NCBI GenBank assembly: GCA_042571445.1
Contig: JBHPFT010000003.1
Location: forward strand, 1 to 32,185
Direction: 5' to 3'
DNA from: Patescibacteria group bacterium
GTDB taxonomy: Bacteria; Patescibacteriota; WWE3; UBA101185; UBA10185
DNA length: 32,185 bases
The first letter of the stretch is position 1; every line of letters starts with the position of its first letter. The notes beneath the pieces were generated by a model that was not told the origin of the DNA, searched no databases, and was given only the letters and a program-made list of their open reading frames with translations. Both the position numbers and the translations under genes were made by a program. Positions 1-10,681 of the stretch are shown one piece after another.

Positions 1-1
1 A

Positions 2-442
2 ACCACAGTATCAGCTTTTGTTTATACACCTATATTAAATAAGGGGTATCCTTGGAAACACTCGAAATTACTAGGAATTAACTTTAATCCTCCACTAAAG
101 GATAGATTCCACCTTTACCTTTATGGTTTTCCATATAACAGAGGTTGGAGGCAAATAAATGACTTCATGAGATCTCAAAAAGGAGTGAGAGGAATTTATA
201 CCAACGATAACGATACGATAGCAGAATACTACTTACTTGGATTTAATTACACCCCTCCAGGGTCTAACTTTATCCCCCACTACTACATTCATGTATTTAA
301 TAATCAGCAATTTACTAGAGAAGATGAAGGATTTTATCTAAAGTTTATTAGTGAATATGAAGAGATGGAAAAGATATTTGTAGATAATGAACTAAGTGCA
401 ATAGTATTCAAAAGAAAAGAGACTCACCAAATTATTAATTAG
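2..442 (+). CDS. C-terminal part of a GT-C (ArnT/PMT-like) membrane glycosyltransferase, truncated by the window start; paralog of 2667..4130 and 6323..7819
   Basis: Frame is open from position 2 (TTVSAFVYTPILNKGYPWKH...LYLYGFPYNRGWRQINDFMRS...YTNDNDTIAEYY), matching GFPIRRGWVEINEY...YITNENQSISNFY and GFPHNRYWDEIDNY...YITNEVKTISEWY in the two paralogs. The ORF-track start at 167 is internal. Confidence 0.8.
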   Translation, partial: TTVSAFVYTPILNKGYPWKHSKLLGINFNPPLKDRFHLYLYGFPYNRGWRQINDFMRSQKGVRGIYTNDNDTIAEYYLLGFNYTPPGSNFIPHYYIHVFNNQQFTREDEGFYLKFISEYEEMEKIFVDNELSAIVFKRKETHQIIN

Positions 443-455
443 TAAGTCTCATTCT

Positions 456-983
456 TTACTCTTCTTCAGGAGTTTCGTCCCCTTTAAACCTTTCTTTATC
501 ATCCAGAGCAGTCATTATGTGACCGGAGTAGCTATCCCATTCTTTCCCCCTTTTCTTTTTTGGTTTGAGGTATACTTGCTTAGTCTTTCTCCATGTTTCA
601 GTTCTTACATCAAATATTGCTGAGGATCCCTCAATTCCGTTCTCTTCCATGAGTTTGAGAGCGTTAACATATTTTTCCATCAACTTTATCCCCTCTTGCT
701 CATCCTCAGCCCGTGTCGTTCTTTTTGGATATAGTTTTAGAAAGGTTTCTTCTCCGCTAAGATATTTTCCATTCTCATCTTTTGCTGCAAAAAAAATTTC
801 TTTCCAGATTGCTGGATTAACATCTATTCTTATCTCTTTTTCGTTGCTTCGGGTCACAGGAAGATCTTCCCAGACTACTTGCATGTTTGGCTCTCCTTTC
901 TCTTGTGTATTTTCCGAGATATTTTCGCTTGTTTCTCGGGAAAGGTCAAATGTTTTTTGGTCGTAGTTTTTAATATCTTCCAT
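456..983 (-). CDS. hypothetical protein (175 aa, acidic, soluble)
   Basis: Full ORF with a TAAAAT -10-like hexamer 6 nt upstream of the ATG; no recognisable motif. Confidence 0.7.
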   Translation of the reverse strand: MEDIKNYDQKTFDLSRETSENISENTQEKGEPNMQVVWEDLPVTRSNEKEIRIDVNPAIWKEIFFAAKDENGKYLSGEETFLKLYPKRTTRAEDEQEGIKLMEKYVNALKLMEENGIEGSSAIFDVRTETWRKTKQVYLKPKKKRGKEWDSYSGHIMTALDDKERFKGDETPEEE

Positions 984-992
984 ATTAATATT

Positions 993-2639
993 TTACCTTG
1001 TATCTAGTTCTACCGGAATTATCCTTTTATATGTGTAAATCTTTGGATCTATGTATATACTAAATGGAAATTCTATTTTGTGCTCATTTATTATTTCAAA
1101 GTAATCAACATCTCTTGGTTGTTTCTCAATAGGGTCATATTTAAAGACATAGTCATAACATCTTGGATTGGTTCCTTTTCTTTCACATAGATAGAGTTTT
1201 CTCCAGCTGTGATTAACATTAATTTCATGTCTTTCTTTACCAGTTTCTTCTACTATTCTTTCCGCCTCACCCCAAATATATGTATTAGCTAAATAAAAGT
1301 CGCTTAAATATAGGTAACTTATAAATAGATTTAAGACTAAAAAACCACCCAAAAGAAACTTATCAAGTTTTTCTAACTTTTTGATACCAGCTGCAAGCAT
1401 TAGTATTCCCATCGTTACTGGAGGGAGAAAGTAGCGATCCCAGAGCATTGGTGAAATTAATAAGAGACACATATAACCCCATGTAAATATTGAGAAAAAG
1501 TTTATTGATTCTTTTAGATTTAGCAGTATGGAAATGATGAGTATAGGACCTAAAATCTTTGAACAGAGATCCCAAAATCTAAATAGATCAAAGTTGCCGG
1601 GATAATGATACTTATCACCTATTATGGCTTCTTGTAAATATCCTTTTCTACCAAATACATTATCTATGTAGGGAAATTCCCCTTTTCCGTAACTTGTGTA
1701 CACCTCACCCTCAGCGGTTCTAGTTCTATAAGTTATCTTTTCAGGTTTGAAATTTTTATTTAAGAAGAGGAATAGTGGTATTGCAAGTAGTATTGGCAGT
1801 ATTTTCTTTTTCTTTCTAATAAAAGTGATCACCAGAGGCATTGTAAAGGCAACAAGATATATGAGAAGGACATATGCAAGGCTTAAGGTTCGTTCTTTTT
1901 TCAAAAGTACCTTTAACCTAATATTCTCGTCATACATTTGGGGAGTAATTGGAAATACGTTGTAGTGAAATAACCAAAGACCTGCGAAAAATAGAAGTTG
2001 ATAAAAAGCATACTTGTATCTTTTAGTGAGGAGGAGATACACAAAGAAGGCTATGGACGTGACCAGAGACAGTTGCCGGACGAAATAACCCAAGATTATG
2101 AAAAGGTTTACTATGAGAAAGTCCTTTGGCTTCTTTGAGGAATCAAACTCTAATATGAAGTAAGTAGAGAGAATGAGAAATGGTAAAAAGTAGTTGTCAC
2201 TCATAAACCCAAAGCTTAAGTAAACAAAGATAGGATTTAGAAGAAGAAGACTACCAATTAAAAGGGATTCTACAGTAGATTTATTTAAGTGTTTTTTTAA
2301 AATCTTTGTGAAAAAGTAGAAACTAAGTACTGAAACTAGAAGGGTTAATATGGCCATCTTATCCATTCCAAAGATTTTTGCCCACAACGTTCCCACAAAC
2401 CCTTGAAGATAAAATGTTGTTCCGATGTATGGATCTAAATCAAATTTACCATTTATAAAGTTTTGAAAAATACGGTAGCGAGTATACTCGTCATTTTGTA
2501 AATAGCTTATTGAATTTGCTAGAGGTAGAAAGATTAAAAAGAGAGCTATGGAGACGGCACTTAGTACGTCGTCTTTTCCAGCATCTTTTCGTTTCTGAAA
2601 GTATTTCTTAATATCTTTTAGTTTGTTTACCCTGGCCAC
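993..2639 (-). CDS. GT-C fold membrane glycosyltransferase (GT39/GT83, ArnT/PMT-like)
   Basis: About 11-13 hydrophobic segments; acidic NDE motif after the first TM; NP..Y.SFGFMSD..F and RQ motifs; DRYFLP; soluble C-terminal domain. GTG start. Confidence 0.75.
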   Translation of the reverse strand: MARVNKLKDIKKYFQKRKDAGKDDVLSAVSIALFLIFLPLANSISYLQNDEYTRYRIFQNFINGKFDLDPYIGTTFYLQGFVGTLWAKIFGMDKMAILTLLVSVLSFYFFTKILKKHLNKSTVESLLIGSLLLLNPIFVYLSFGFMSDNYFLPFLILSTYFILEFDSSKKPKDFLIVNLFIILGYFVRQLSLVTSIAFFVYLLLTKRYKYAFYQLLFFAGLWLFHYNVFPITPQMYDENIRLKVLLKKERTLSLAYVLLIYLVAFTMPLVITFIRKKKKILPILLAIPLFLFLNKNFKPEKITYRTRTAEGEVYTSYGKGEFPYIDNVFGRKGYLQEAIIGDKYHYPGNFDLFRFWDLCSKILGPILIISILLNLKESINFFSIFTWGYMCLLLISPMLWDRYFLPPVTMGILMLAAGIKKLEKLDKFLLGGFLVLNLFISYLYLSDFYLANTYIWGEAERIVEETGKERHEINVNHSWRKLYLCERKGTNPRCYDYVFKYDPIEKQPRDVDYFEIINEHKIEFPFSIYIDPKIYTYKRIIPVELDTR

Positions 2640-2645
2640 AAGGTA

Positions 2646-2660
2646 ATTTTACAGTAAAAT
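2646..2660. promoter_or_regulatory. palindromic bidirectional -10 pair (ATTTTAC-A-GTAAAAT) for two divergent, probably leaderless genes
   Basis: TAAAAT on each strand lies exactly 6 nt from the start codon at 2639(-) and at 2667(+); no Shine-Dalgarno. Confidence 0.7.
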
Positions 2661-2666
2661 ATAAGT

Positions 2667-4130
2667 ATGAGTAAGAAGTGGGAAGTAATTTTGGTTGGTG
2701 CCGTGGTTGTTGCACTAGGATTTCTTCGTTTTTACAATCTAGGTCACTCTGAATATATTCCAGATGAAACCACAGTCTTATACCCTTTAAAGGAATCAAG
2801 AGGATTCTCTCGTGAATTCTTCTTAAATCAGCGAAAAGGGCCATTACAATTCGTAATTTCCTATATCCCATTCATTTTTGAGAAGAATATTTTTGATGAA
2901 GGTGTTTTCAGATTACCCTTTGCTATAGCCAGTACTTTGTCACTTGTGTTTTTTTACCTTTTCATTAGAAATATCTCGGGGCGGAAATTAGTGGCGTTGC
3001 TTTCAACGTTTTTAATAGGCGTTTGTGGATTTACTGTTGGTTTAGGAAGAATCGTGCAGTATCAAGGTTTAAATTTACTGTTTTCATCTGCAGCCCTTTA
3101 TTTTTATTCGTTGATATTGATAGGAAGTACTAAGAGGCGGTTAGTTAATTCTTTATTAGGAACATTTTTCTGCTGTCTTTCACTTCTCTCTCACTGGGAT
3201 GCAGTGTTTTACTTCCCTATTATGTTTTGGATTTTTGGAAGACTACTTATTGATAAAGATGTTCCAAGAGATTTTAAGATAAAAATTATCATTACTAATA
3301 TCTTTCTCTCGATGTTACTCTTACTACCATTCTTACTCCCTTATATAAAAAGTATAAGCGCGAGTAATTTGGAATATTTTGAGACAAGAGTTGGTGCAGG
3401 TGGTGAAAACAATACTTTTATAGAAAAACTAACTGGATACAAATCAAAAGTTGATCTTTATAACCCATTTTATTATTTGTGGCTCATTTTAGGAAGCGCT
3501 GCTTTAGCATTTCTGAACTTTCGAAGGACTAAGGCTGTGTTTTCTTGGTTTATTATTAACTTTCTAATTTTCTTACTGTTTATCAAGCATGAAGGAACTC
3601 ATCTATATAACCTATTTATTCCACTAAGTATTCTTTCTGGATTTGGGCTAACCCTTTTGATTGATAAGTTTAATAGAGTCTGGAAGATTATTATTGCAAC
3701 CTTAACTTTTGTGCCACTGCTATTTTTCTTCTACCAATCCTTTTTAGTTTTTGCATGTGTACAAAAGGAGTACCCCTTTGAGAGGGAAACAATATTAGGT
3801 AGAGAAACAAAAAGATACACACATAAGCAGCTACCCAACAATGTAATAGGCTTTCCAATTAGGAGAGGATGGGTTGAAATTAATGAGTATCTTAAAGAAC
3901 TAGGTTACCCCAGATATATTACAAACGAAAATCAATCTATTAGTAATTTCTATGTAGAAGGAATGTATGGTGAAGGTGAGGGTGTTTACTACATCATTGG
4001 GATTAAAAAGCCCCTTTCGTTCACTTTGGATTACTCCTTTCCTCAGGTAAAGGGAAAACATACAGTTAAAGAAATTGACGTAAGTGGTTCAACCACTGCT
4101 AAAATATATATAGTTGATGGTCAAAGATAA
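2667..4130 (+). CDS. GT-C fold membrane glycosyltransferase (ArnT/GT83/GT39-like), paralog family A
   Basis: LRFYNLG..YIPDE motif, RKGPLQF, RLPFA, GRIVQYQ, LSHWDAVF; many TM helices. Confidence 0.8.
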   Translation: MSKKWEVILVGAVVVALGFLRFYNLGHSEYIPDETTVLYPLKESRGFSREFFLNQRKGPLQFVISYIPFIFEKNIFDEGVFRLPFAIASTLSLVFFYLFIRNISGRKLVALLSTFLIGVCGFTVGLGRIVQYQGLNLLFSSAALYFYSLILIGSTKRRLVNSLLGTFFCCLSLLSHWDAVFYFPIMFWIFGRLLIDKDVPRDFKIKIIITNIFLSMLLLLPFLLPYIKSISASNLEYFETRVGAGGENNTFIEKLTGYKSKVDLYNPFYYLWLILGSAALAFLNFRRTKAVFSWFIINFLIFLLFIKHEGTHLYNLFIPLSILSGFGLTLLIDKFNRVWKIIIATLTFVPLLFFFYQSFLVFACVQKEYPFERETILGRETKRYTHKQLPNNVIGFPIRRGWVEINEYLKELGYPRYITNENQSISNFYVEGMYGEGEGVYYIIGIKKPLSFTLDYSFPQVKGKHTVKEIDVSGSTTAKIYIVDGQR

Positions 4131-5217
4131 GATTTTAAAAATTACGTCAAATAAATACTTTAGGATAGTGCTTCTAGTAATTATATTTTCCTTTGCTGTT
4201 GAAAAAAGATTGAGGTACTTTACTCAAACCAGCAAGGATATTTATGCGTATGAGAGAGCTATTCATGATCTTTTTGGAGGTGTAAATCCATACGAGTGGA
4301 CAATTGAGTCATATTCAAATGTAGATGATCCTACAAATCATGGTTATGCTTATCTGCCTGGTCTTCTTTACCTTTTTTCAGGCCTGTACTTTTTACATCT
4401 AAAATCTGGAATATCGCTTGAAGTTTTGTGGAAAATACCAGTTTTAATCGCAGATATAAGCGTGGGATTACTACTTGTTAAGTACTTCTTTAAAAAAGAT
4501 TATTTCCTCGCACTTATTGGAAGTCTGATATGGTTTTTTAACCCCTACAACTTTTTTAGAACCGGATACACTTATTCAGACCCAATACCTATTCTTTTAA
4601 TGTTTCTCGCAATTATATTTTTAGAGAAAGACGATGTATTAGCAGGGGCTTTTCTAGCTCTTTCAATTGTTTTTAAAACATTTCCAATAATACTGATTCC
4701 ACTGTTTTTGATAAAGACAAAGAATAAATTGAAGTTTTTAACGTCAGCAGCTCTAGTTGGGTTATTTTTCAGCATTCCTTTTCTAAGAAGTATGGGAGAC
4801 TTTTTAACGTATTTAAACGGCACTATTTTTGTGCATACCGAAAGATTTGTTCAAGGAAGGCCATTCCTTTTTTATATTAGTTATTTTTATAAAGTAGAAC
4901 TTTTTCAGATAATTCCACTGAAATTATATTCTCTAATGGCTACACTTTTTCCATTTGTGTTGATACCACTTCTCTACTTCGTTTTTAAGGTGAAAGACAA
5001 GTATGTTTTAGCTACAGCTGCGTTCTTAAACTTCTATTTGTTTACACCAGTTTTTAACAGAACATACGTCTTATGGTTTCTACCAGTCTTTATTATTGGA
5101 GCCTATAAGTTTTTTAAGAAGAAGATGTATGTTTACTTAACCTTTGTGGTTTTTTATTCGTTTATGTCATGGTATTTACTTCAATGGGAAGATGGATTTC
5201 ACATATGGCGTCCTTAG
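4117..5217 (+). CDS. GT-C membrane glycosyltransferase, GT87/DUF2029/PIG-M-like, paralog family B
   Basis: DIYAY...GVNPY...YAYLPG N-terminal loop, FFNPY, SIVFKTFP, QGRPF, FTPVFNRTY; polytopic. ATG at 4117 preferred over TTG at 4114. Confidence 0.7.
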   Translation: MVKDKILKITSNKYFRIVLLVIIFSFAVEKRLRYFTQTSKDIYAYERAIHDLFGGVNPYEWTIESYSNVDDPTNHGYAYLPGLLYLFSGLYFLHLKSGISLEVLWKIPVLIADISVGLLLVKYFFKKDYFLALIGSLIWFFNPYNFFRTGYTYSDPIPILLMFLAIIFLEKDDVLAGAFLALSIVFKTFPIILIPLFLIKTKNKLKFLTSAALVGLFFSIPFLRSMGDFLTYLNGTIFVHTERFVQGRPFLFYISYFYKVELFQIIPLKLYSLMATLFPFVLIPLLYFVFKVKDKYVLATAAFLNFYLFTPVFNRTYVLWFLPVFIIGAYKFFKKKMYVYLTFVVFYSFMSWYLLQWEDGFHIWRP

Positions 5218-6326
5218 TTTCTATACTTTGGGAAAAAAGAGTTGATATTTTTAAGATTGGAGTACTTGTACTCATTATCCTAGTTACTTCTCATGAGAAA
5301 TATAAGGTATTTGATGAAACTGGAGGTGAACTAAATACATATAGTAGTGCCACAATGGATTTGTTGGAGGGAAATAATCCCTATGAAAAGACAGTTGCTA
5401 GTTATGAAGGCTCGGAAATCTATACAGATCACGGTTACGCATACTTTCCAACCCTGCTTTATTTCTATGCCCCTCCCTTGCTACTACATCAAAACTTTGG
5501 GTTGCCTCTTCAAAGACTATGGAAACCAGTAGTGTTTTTTTTTGATATTGGAGTTTCAATCCTTCTAATTAAATACTTGTATAAGAAAAACTACTTGGCA
5601 GCTTTACTATCTGTTTTAGTTTGGTCCTACAATCCCTATTTTTATATCAGAGGTACATATTCTTACACTGAGCCTTTTGGAATATTCTTTTTGCTTTTGG
5701 CGCTAAACTTTTTAGGAAAAAACGATATCCTAACGGGACTTTTTTATGCTTTATCTATTTCGTTTAAATCTTTTGGAATAATCTTGTTTCCCATATTTAT
5801 GTTTGAGAGTAAAGATAAGCTGAAGTTCTTGTTATCTGGAGCAACTTACGCTCTAGTAATGAGTTTGCCCTTTCTGAAATCAACTCAAGATATCCAAAAT
5901 TATATAAAAGGATCCTTATTAGTTCATAGAGATAGGGATCCTCAAGGAAGGCCTTTTCTATTTCTGATTAAATGGTTTACAGCTTTTCCAATATTTAGTA
6001 TTGCCTTAGCTAGAATATATGTTTATGTTGCTACTTTTGGAGGATGGGTAGTTACTTCTTTCTTGTATCTAACAAAGAAAGTGAAAGATGTTTATATTCT
6101 TTCTATGATTTCATTTTTAATATTTTTTATCTTCACACCTGTCTTGAATAGAACTTATTTAATTTGGTTTATTCCTTTTCTAATCTTAGGTTTAGAAAGA
6201 GTATTTAAAAACAAGTGTAGAGCTGCATTTTTAGCATCAATAGTATTGTTTTATGTATTCTATGCCTGGTATCTTAGCTTATGGGTGAGAGGAGTACGGG
6301 TTTTTGGAGATTTTATTACATTATGA
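5205..6326 (+). CDS. GT-C membrane glycosyltransferase, GT87/DUF2029/PIG-M-like, paralog family B
   Basis: GNNPY...HGYAYFP, YNPY, SISFKSF, QGRPFLF, FTPVLNRTY shared with the upstream gene. ATG at 5205 overlaps the upstream gene end. Confidence 0.7.
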   Translation: MASLVSILWEKRVDIFKIGVLVLIILVTSHEKYKVFDETGGELNTYSSATMDLLEGNNPYEKTVASYEGSEIYTDHGYAYFPTLLYFYAPPLLLHQNFGLPLQRLWKPVVFFFDIGVSILLIKYLYKKNYLAALLSVLVWSYNPYFYIRGTYSYTEPFGIFFLLLALNFLGKNDILTGLFYALSISFKSFGIILFPIFMFESKDKLKFLLSGATYALVMSLPFLKSTQDIQNYIKGSLLVHRDRDPQGRPFLFLIKWFTAFPIFSIALARIYVYVATFGGWVVTSFLYLTKKVKDVYILSMISFLIFFIFTPVLNRTYLIWFIPFLILGLERVFKNKCRAAFLASIVLFYVFYAWYLSLWVRGVRVFGDFITL

Positions 6327-7819
6327 AAAAGTATTTAAAGCTTGAATATCTGTTAATACTTACTCTTCTTATTGGATCTTGTTATCTAAGATTGAAAAAC
6401 TTAGGATATTCTGACTACATTGGAGATGAACACAAGGCCTTTTTAGAGGTACCAACTACTCAAACCACGTGGGAGTTTCTTTTAAGTAGAAGGAAAGGTC
6501 CCATGCAGTTTTTAGTATCACATATTCCCTACTCAATCACTGGGGATTTTAGAAATGAATTTGCGCAAAGACTACCCTTTGCTATCGTATCCATTTTATC
6601 TGTTCTAGTTTTTTATTCCCTAGTTAAAAAAGTTACTAAAAACTACGTGGTTGCATTCATCTCTGCATTCTTGTTCATGGTAAATGGATTTATTGTTGGG
6701 TTTGGAAGAATAGCTCAGTACCAAAACCTTAACCTTCTATTTTCTTTTCTAGCCCTATATTTCTATTTTGATTTAGTAGAAAAAGAAGAGGAGCTAGCAA
6801 AAAGCTCTATACTTGGAACTTTATTTTGGTGTCTTTCTATTCTTTCTCATTGGGATGCAGTGTTTATCTTTCCAGTAATTTTAATTATTTTTGTTAAATA
6901 TATTGTTAGAAAGGATGTTGTAACTGCATCAAAATGGAAGCTTATTATATCTAACGTTATGTTTGGGTGTTTACTTTTACTTCCTTTTCTCATTCCATAC
7001 CTAAAATACCAACTAGATAGTCCAGAAAACTCTGACTACTTCCAAAGAAGAATAGAGATAGGCCACAGTTTAAGTGACAGATACAAACTTTTAATCACTT
7101 TGTATAATCCTTTTGCTACCTTTTCGTTCCTAATAGTAGCTGGGATATTGGGAGTACTCTTTCTTGGGAAGAGTTGGATATTTATACTTTGGTTTTTGTT
7201 CAGTTACTTTTTCTTTGAACTTTTTTTTAGAAAGCCAGGTACTCATATATATAATTTCTTAATTCCAGCCTTTATTCTTTCGGGGATAGGCATATATAAC
7301 CTGATAGATGGACTTTCTGGGGTTTTAAAGAAAGTATTAATATTTATAGTGTCACTAATTCTTGGTCTCTTGTTTTACCAGACTTACTTCATATTTATAG
7401 ACCATGTTAGAGAGTACCCTTGGCAATCAAAAACTTTCTATGAGATAAAAAAGCCTCCTAAATGGCTTAAGAAGTACTCTATCTTAGAAACACCAGTTTA
7501 TACATATGAGCAAAAGCTTCCTTTGTTTGGGTTTCCACATAATAGATATTGGGATGAGATAGACAACTACATAAACGAACAGAATGAAACGAATAACGAG
7601 GGATACGGCTATATTACTAATGAGGTAAAGACGATTTCTGAGTGGTATATGAGTGCAAAGTATAAAGCTGATGATGGTTTTTATGTTGTGGGTGTTAAGT
7701 ATCCTCTAAGCTTTGTGCTAGATTATGAATTTCCTCAGATTAATGGTAAAGAACATGTCTACTCTATTAAAGATGATGGGGGAAGTACAGTTGTTAAAAT
7801 TTACAGAGTAGATAAATAG
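6323..7819 (+). CDS. GT-C fold membrane glycosyltransferase (ArnT/GT83/GT39-like), paralog family A
   Basis: LRLKNLG..YIGDE, RKGPMQF, RLPFA, GRIAQYQ, LSHWDAVF; ATGA overlap with the upstream stop fixes the start at 6323. Confidence 0.8.
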   Translation: MKKYLKLEYLLILTLLIGSCYLRLKNLGYSDYIGDEHKAFLEVPTTQTTWEFLLSRRKGPMQFLVSHIPYSITGDFRNEFAQRLPFAIVSILSVLVFYSLVKKVTKNYVVAFISAFLFMVNGFIVGFGRIAQYQNLNLLFSFLALYFYFDLVEKEEELAKSSILGTLFWCLSILSHWDAVFIFPVILIIFVKYIVRKDVVTASKWKLIISNVMFGCLLLLPFLIPYLKYQLDSPENSDYFQRRIEIGHSLSDRYKLLITLYNPFATFSFLIVAGILGVLFLGKSWIFILWFLFSYFFFELFFRKPGTHIYNFLIPAFILSGIGIYNLIDGLSGVLKKVLIFIVSLILGLLFYQTYFIFIDHVREYPWQSKTFYEIKKPPKWLKKYSILETPVYTYEQKLPLFGFPHNRYWDEIDNYINEQNETNNEGYGYITNEVKTISEWYMSAKYKADDGFYVVGVKYPLSFVLDYEFPQINGKEHVYSIKDDGGSTVVKIYRVDK

Positions 7820-7822
7820 CTA

Positions 7823-9358
7823 TTACTTCTCGTGATACTCTCCCTCAGCATTGATATTCCATATATTATCTTTTGATTTAATATTCTCCTTGATATTTTT
7901 TACTGCCTCCATAGCAGAAAGCATTGAGTGATCTTGGTTGTTGTACCTATGCATTCCATTTCTTCCTATTGGAAATAAGTTTTCTAGAGTATTTAGGTAT
8001 TCCTTAACAGTACCTAGTTTTTTATATGTTCCAAAATATGCAGGGTATGTTTTTGGCATTCTTACCACATGAGTTTTTAAGACATTTTCTTTTTTTAATA
8101 CACCAATCTTTTCTAGTTCTTCTACTGCAAACTTAGACATTTCATTATCTTTTTTATTCCATATCTTGTCATCTTCACCACACATATACTCAAGTCCCAT
8201 CCAAACTTTATTCTTATCTTTAACCATAAAAGGACTCCAGTTATTAAATATTTGAATTCTAGCAATCGTTACATTAGGCTCTTGAATGTATATCCAGTTA
8301 TCTGGCACTAAATTATTTCTAGTTTTAATATCGGTTTCGTTTTTTATCTGCAGTTTATTAGCTAGTATGCCTACGGTAACAAAATTCCTGTACATCAGTC
8401 CGTTTGCTACCTCAATAACCTTCTCTGGAGGTTTTGGATCAAGTTCACTTACTAAGTCTCTAACAGCCATAGATGAGAAGAAAAAATCTCCTTTAAACAT
8501 TTCTTTAGTACCGTCTTTTTTAGTAACTTCTACTTCTAATACCTTTCCATTTTTAGTAAGTACTTTAGTTACCTTATGATTACAAAGAATTTTTCCACCT
8601 CTACGTTCGATTTCTTTAGCTACATATTCCCAAAAGTAGCCTGGCCCTAACTTTGGGTACAAAAATTTTTGAATAAGACTAGTCTGAGTACCCTTTTGGC
8701 TAACATCACTACTTCTTCTAAATATGTTTTCAACTGCATTAAGAATCACCTCTCTGAGAGACACGCCTTTTATTCTTTGAGATCCCCAATCTGGATCAAT
8801 TTTGCTTGGGTGATACCCCCATACTTTTTCTGTGTAGTCTTCAAAAAAAGTACTATAAAGCTCTTTACCAAACCTATTAATGTAGAAATCTTCCAAGGTT
8901 TCCTCTTTCTTTATGGGGAAAAGCCTAATATAAATATAGGAAAGACCAATCTTTATAGATTTTACTAACCCCAGATTTTTTAAAGTATTAAAGCTAAGAG
9001 TAACTGGATAATTGAAGAATTTTTTATTGTAGTAAATTCTTGAAAGTCTATTTCTAATCAAAAATGAGTTTTCTCCCAGTTTGTTACTTACCTCTATCCT
9101 ATCTAGGTTTGGATTTTCTTGTTTTTCTGTGGGGAATATGTCTGCCCACCAATCCATAACTATCTCAGACTTAGAAAAGAATCTGTGTCCACCAAGATCT
9201 ATTCTGTTCCCATCAAATTCTAGTGTCTTTGATATTCCTCCTATATGTGGAGATGATTCTAGAATTATGGGTACTACATCAGTTTTTCTTGTTAACTCAA
9301 GTCCCGCAGTTAATCCTGCCGGACCTGCTCCTATAATAATTGCTACTTTTTTAATCAT
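7823..9358 (-). CDS. NAD(P)/FAD-dependent oxidoreductase (protoporphyrinogen oxidase/UDP-galactopyranose mutase-like superfamily, PRK07208-like)
   Basis: N-terminal GAGPAGL dinucleotide motif, GGIS..., [11 protein letters not shown]-terminal [15 protein letters not shown]. Confidence 0.85.
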   Translation of the reverse strand: MIKKVAIIIGAGPAGLTAGLELTRKTDVVPIILESSPHIGGISKTLEFDGNRIDLGGHRFFSKSEIVMDWWADIFPTEKQENPNLDRIEVSNKLGENSFLIRNRLSRIYYNKKFFNYPVTLSFNTLKNLGLVKSIKIGLSYIYIRLFPIKKEETLEDFYINRFGKELYSTFFEDYTEKVWGYHPSKIDPDWGSQRIKGVSLREVILNAVENIFRRSSDVSQKGTQTSLIQKFLYPKLGPGYFWEYVAKEIERRGGKILCNHKVTKVLTKNGKVLEVEVTKKDGTKEMFKGDFFFSSMAVRDLVSELDPKPPEKVIEVANGLMYRNFVTVGILANKLQIKNETDIKTRNNLVPDNWIYIQEPNVTIARIQIFNNWSPFMVKDKNKVWMGLEYMCGEDDKIWNKKDNEMSKFAVEELEKIGVLKKENVLKTHVVRMPKTYPAYFGTYKKLGTVKEYLNTLENLFPIGRNGMHRYNNQDHSMLSAMEAVKNIKENIKSKDNIWNINAEGEYHEK

Positions 9359-10665
9359 TAGTACTTTGGTAGTCTCTTTGGAGGTTGGAGGCAGTAAAAA
9401 GACCAGTTATGTTCTCTCTCACACCTAGACTTTCTAAATATTACAGCATTGGCCTGAATATATATTGAGTACACTATAAGTGCAATCAATATAGTTTTTC
9501 CAATTTTATTAAAGCCTTCACTAACCATATATGAAAACATTGTTATTATTGGTAAGAACTCGGTCAACATTCTATATCCAAAGGCGTCTGCCCCATCCCA
9601 TCCCCACCATTTAGACATTAATAAAAGACTAAGTATAAATGCGATAGATAGAAAGAGCATAAAATTATGTCTATTAGAATTATTTTTTGTGGTAAAGACT
9701 TTGATTATTCCAAAAAAGCTTAGAACAAGGGGTGGGGATATGAAAAGAAGACTTCTAGCGGGAGATACTAGAAATCCTACAAGTCCTGGAATCAGTGAAA
9801 AAGACCACCCAAGATCTCCTCTTTGGGAGTATCCTTCTGAAAAAGGAGAGTCGAATATTAGATAGTTATATATTAAGAGAAAGATAATCGTAGGAAGTGT
9901 ATAAACACAGAATTTTATAAATTTCTTCTTATGATAATAAAATATATAGAGCCCAATTATTGTTGAGAATACGATATTTGATGGCCTTATTAGTACTAAT
10001 AGGCCACAAAGAAGACCTGCTAGTGAGACTAACTTAGGTTTGTTCTCTTCATTTAGAAGGATAAGAATAACAAGAGATACTAGTAGTTGGGAAATTGTAT
10101 GTTGCCATAATCCCCTACTTGATATTGACCAAGTTAGAGTTCCTAGAGCATAAAAAATAGTAAAGATGTATTTCCATGCTTTATCTTTGCCAACTTTATC
10201 AAGAATTAAATACATTAACGCTACAGATGTAGCTGCATAAAAAGATGCTGCAACTCTTCCAATAGCTAATATTTTCAAGAAGTCTTTAAGATACAAAAGT
10301 GTTGGTACTTTATTTGCGAGTATAGGTATAAGGTAAAAAGGAATGGCGAACAACCCTGTAAGTATGGGGTAAGAAGAATATAGCGCACCCTCCTTTCTTA
10401 TAAAGAAGTATGGCGTTTCTGCATCTAGAAAGTATCTTGGTCTTAAGTTTTTCTCAAGTGAAATAAAATCTATAGTTTTGTTCTTAATTATCTGATAAGA
10501 AAGAAAAGTATTGGGTATTAAATCAGTTGATGTTAAAAGCCTTCTTGTTAGGCCAGTTTCAAAGTCCCTTTTGTAGTCAAATGGTAGATTTATTAGGTAG
10601 ATAAAAAAAGATATAAAGAATATGGTAAGGGCAGTAATCAGGCTTTTCCGTTTTGTTAATCCCAT
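9358..10665 (-). CDS. GT-C-like polytopic membrane protein, putative glycosyltransferase
   Basis: Multiple TMs; acidic residue in the first loop (STDLIP), SRGLWQH, IRPSN, SPARSL, WWGWDG..FGYRML motifs typical of this class. Stop overlaps the oxidoreductase start. Confidence 0.65.
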   Translation of the reverse strand: MGLTKRKSLITALTIFFISFFIYLINLPFDYKRDFETGLTRRLLTSTDLIPNTFLSYQIIKNKTIDFISLEKNLRPRYFLDAETPYFFIRKEGALYSSYPILTGLFAIPFYLIPILANKVPTLLYLKDFLKILAIGRVAASFYAATSVALMYLILDKVGKDKAWKYIFTIFYALGTLTWSISSRGLWQHTISQLLVSLVILILLNEENKPKLVSLAGLLCGLLVLIRPSNIVFSTIIGLYIFYYHKKKFIKFCVYTLPTIIFLLIYNYLIFDSPFSEGYSQRGDLGWSFSLIPGLVGFLVSPARSLLFISPPLVLSFFGIIKVFTTKNNSNRHNFMLFLSIAFILSLLLMSKWWGWDGADAFGYRMLTEFLPIITMFSYMVSEGFNKIGKTILIALIVYSIYIQANAVIFRKSRCEREHNWSFYCLQPPKRLPKY

Positions 10666-10681
10666 GTCATAATTATCTCAT

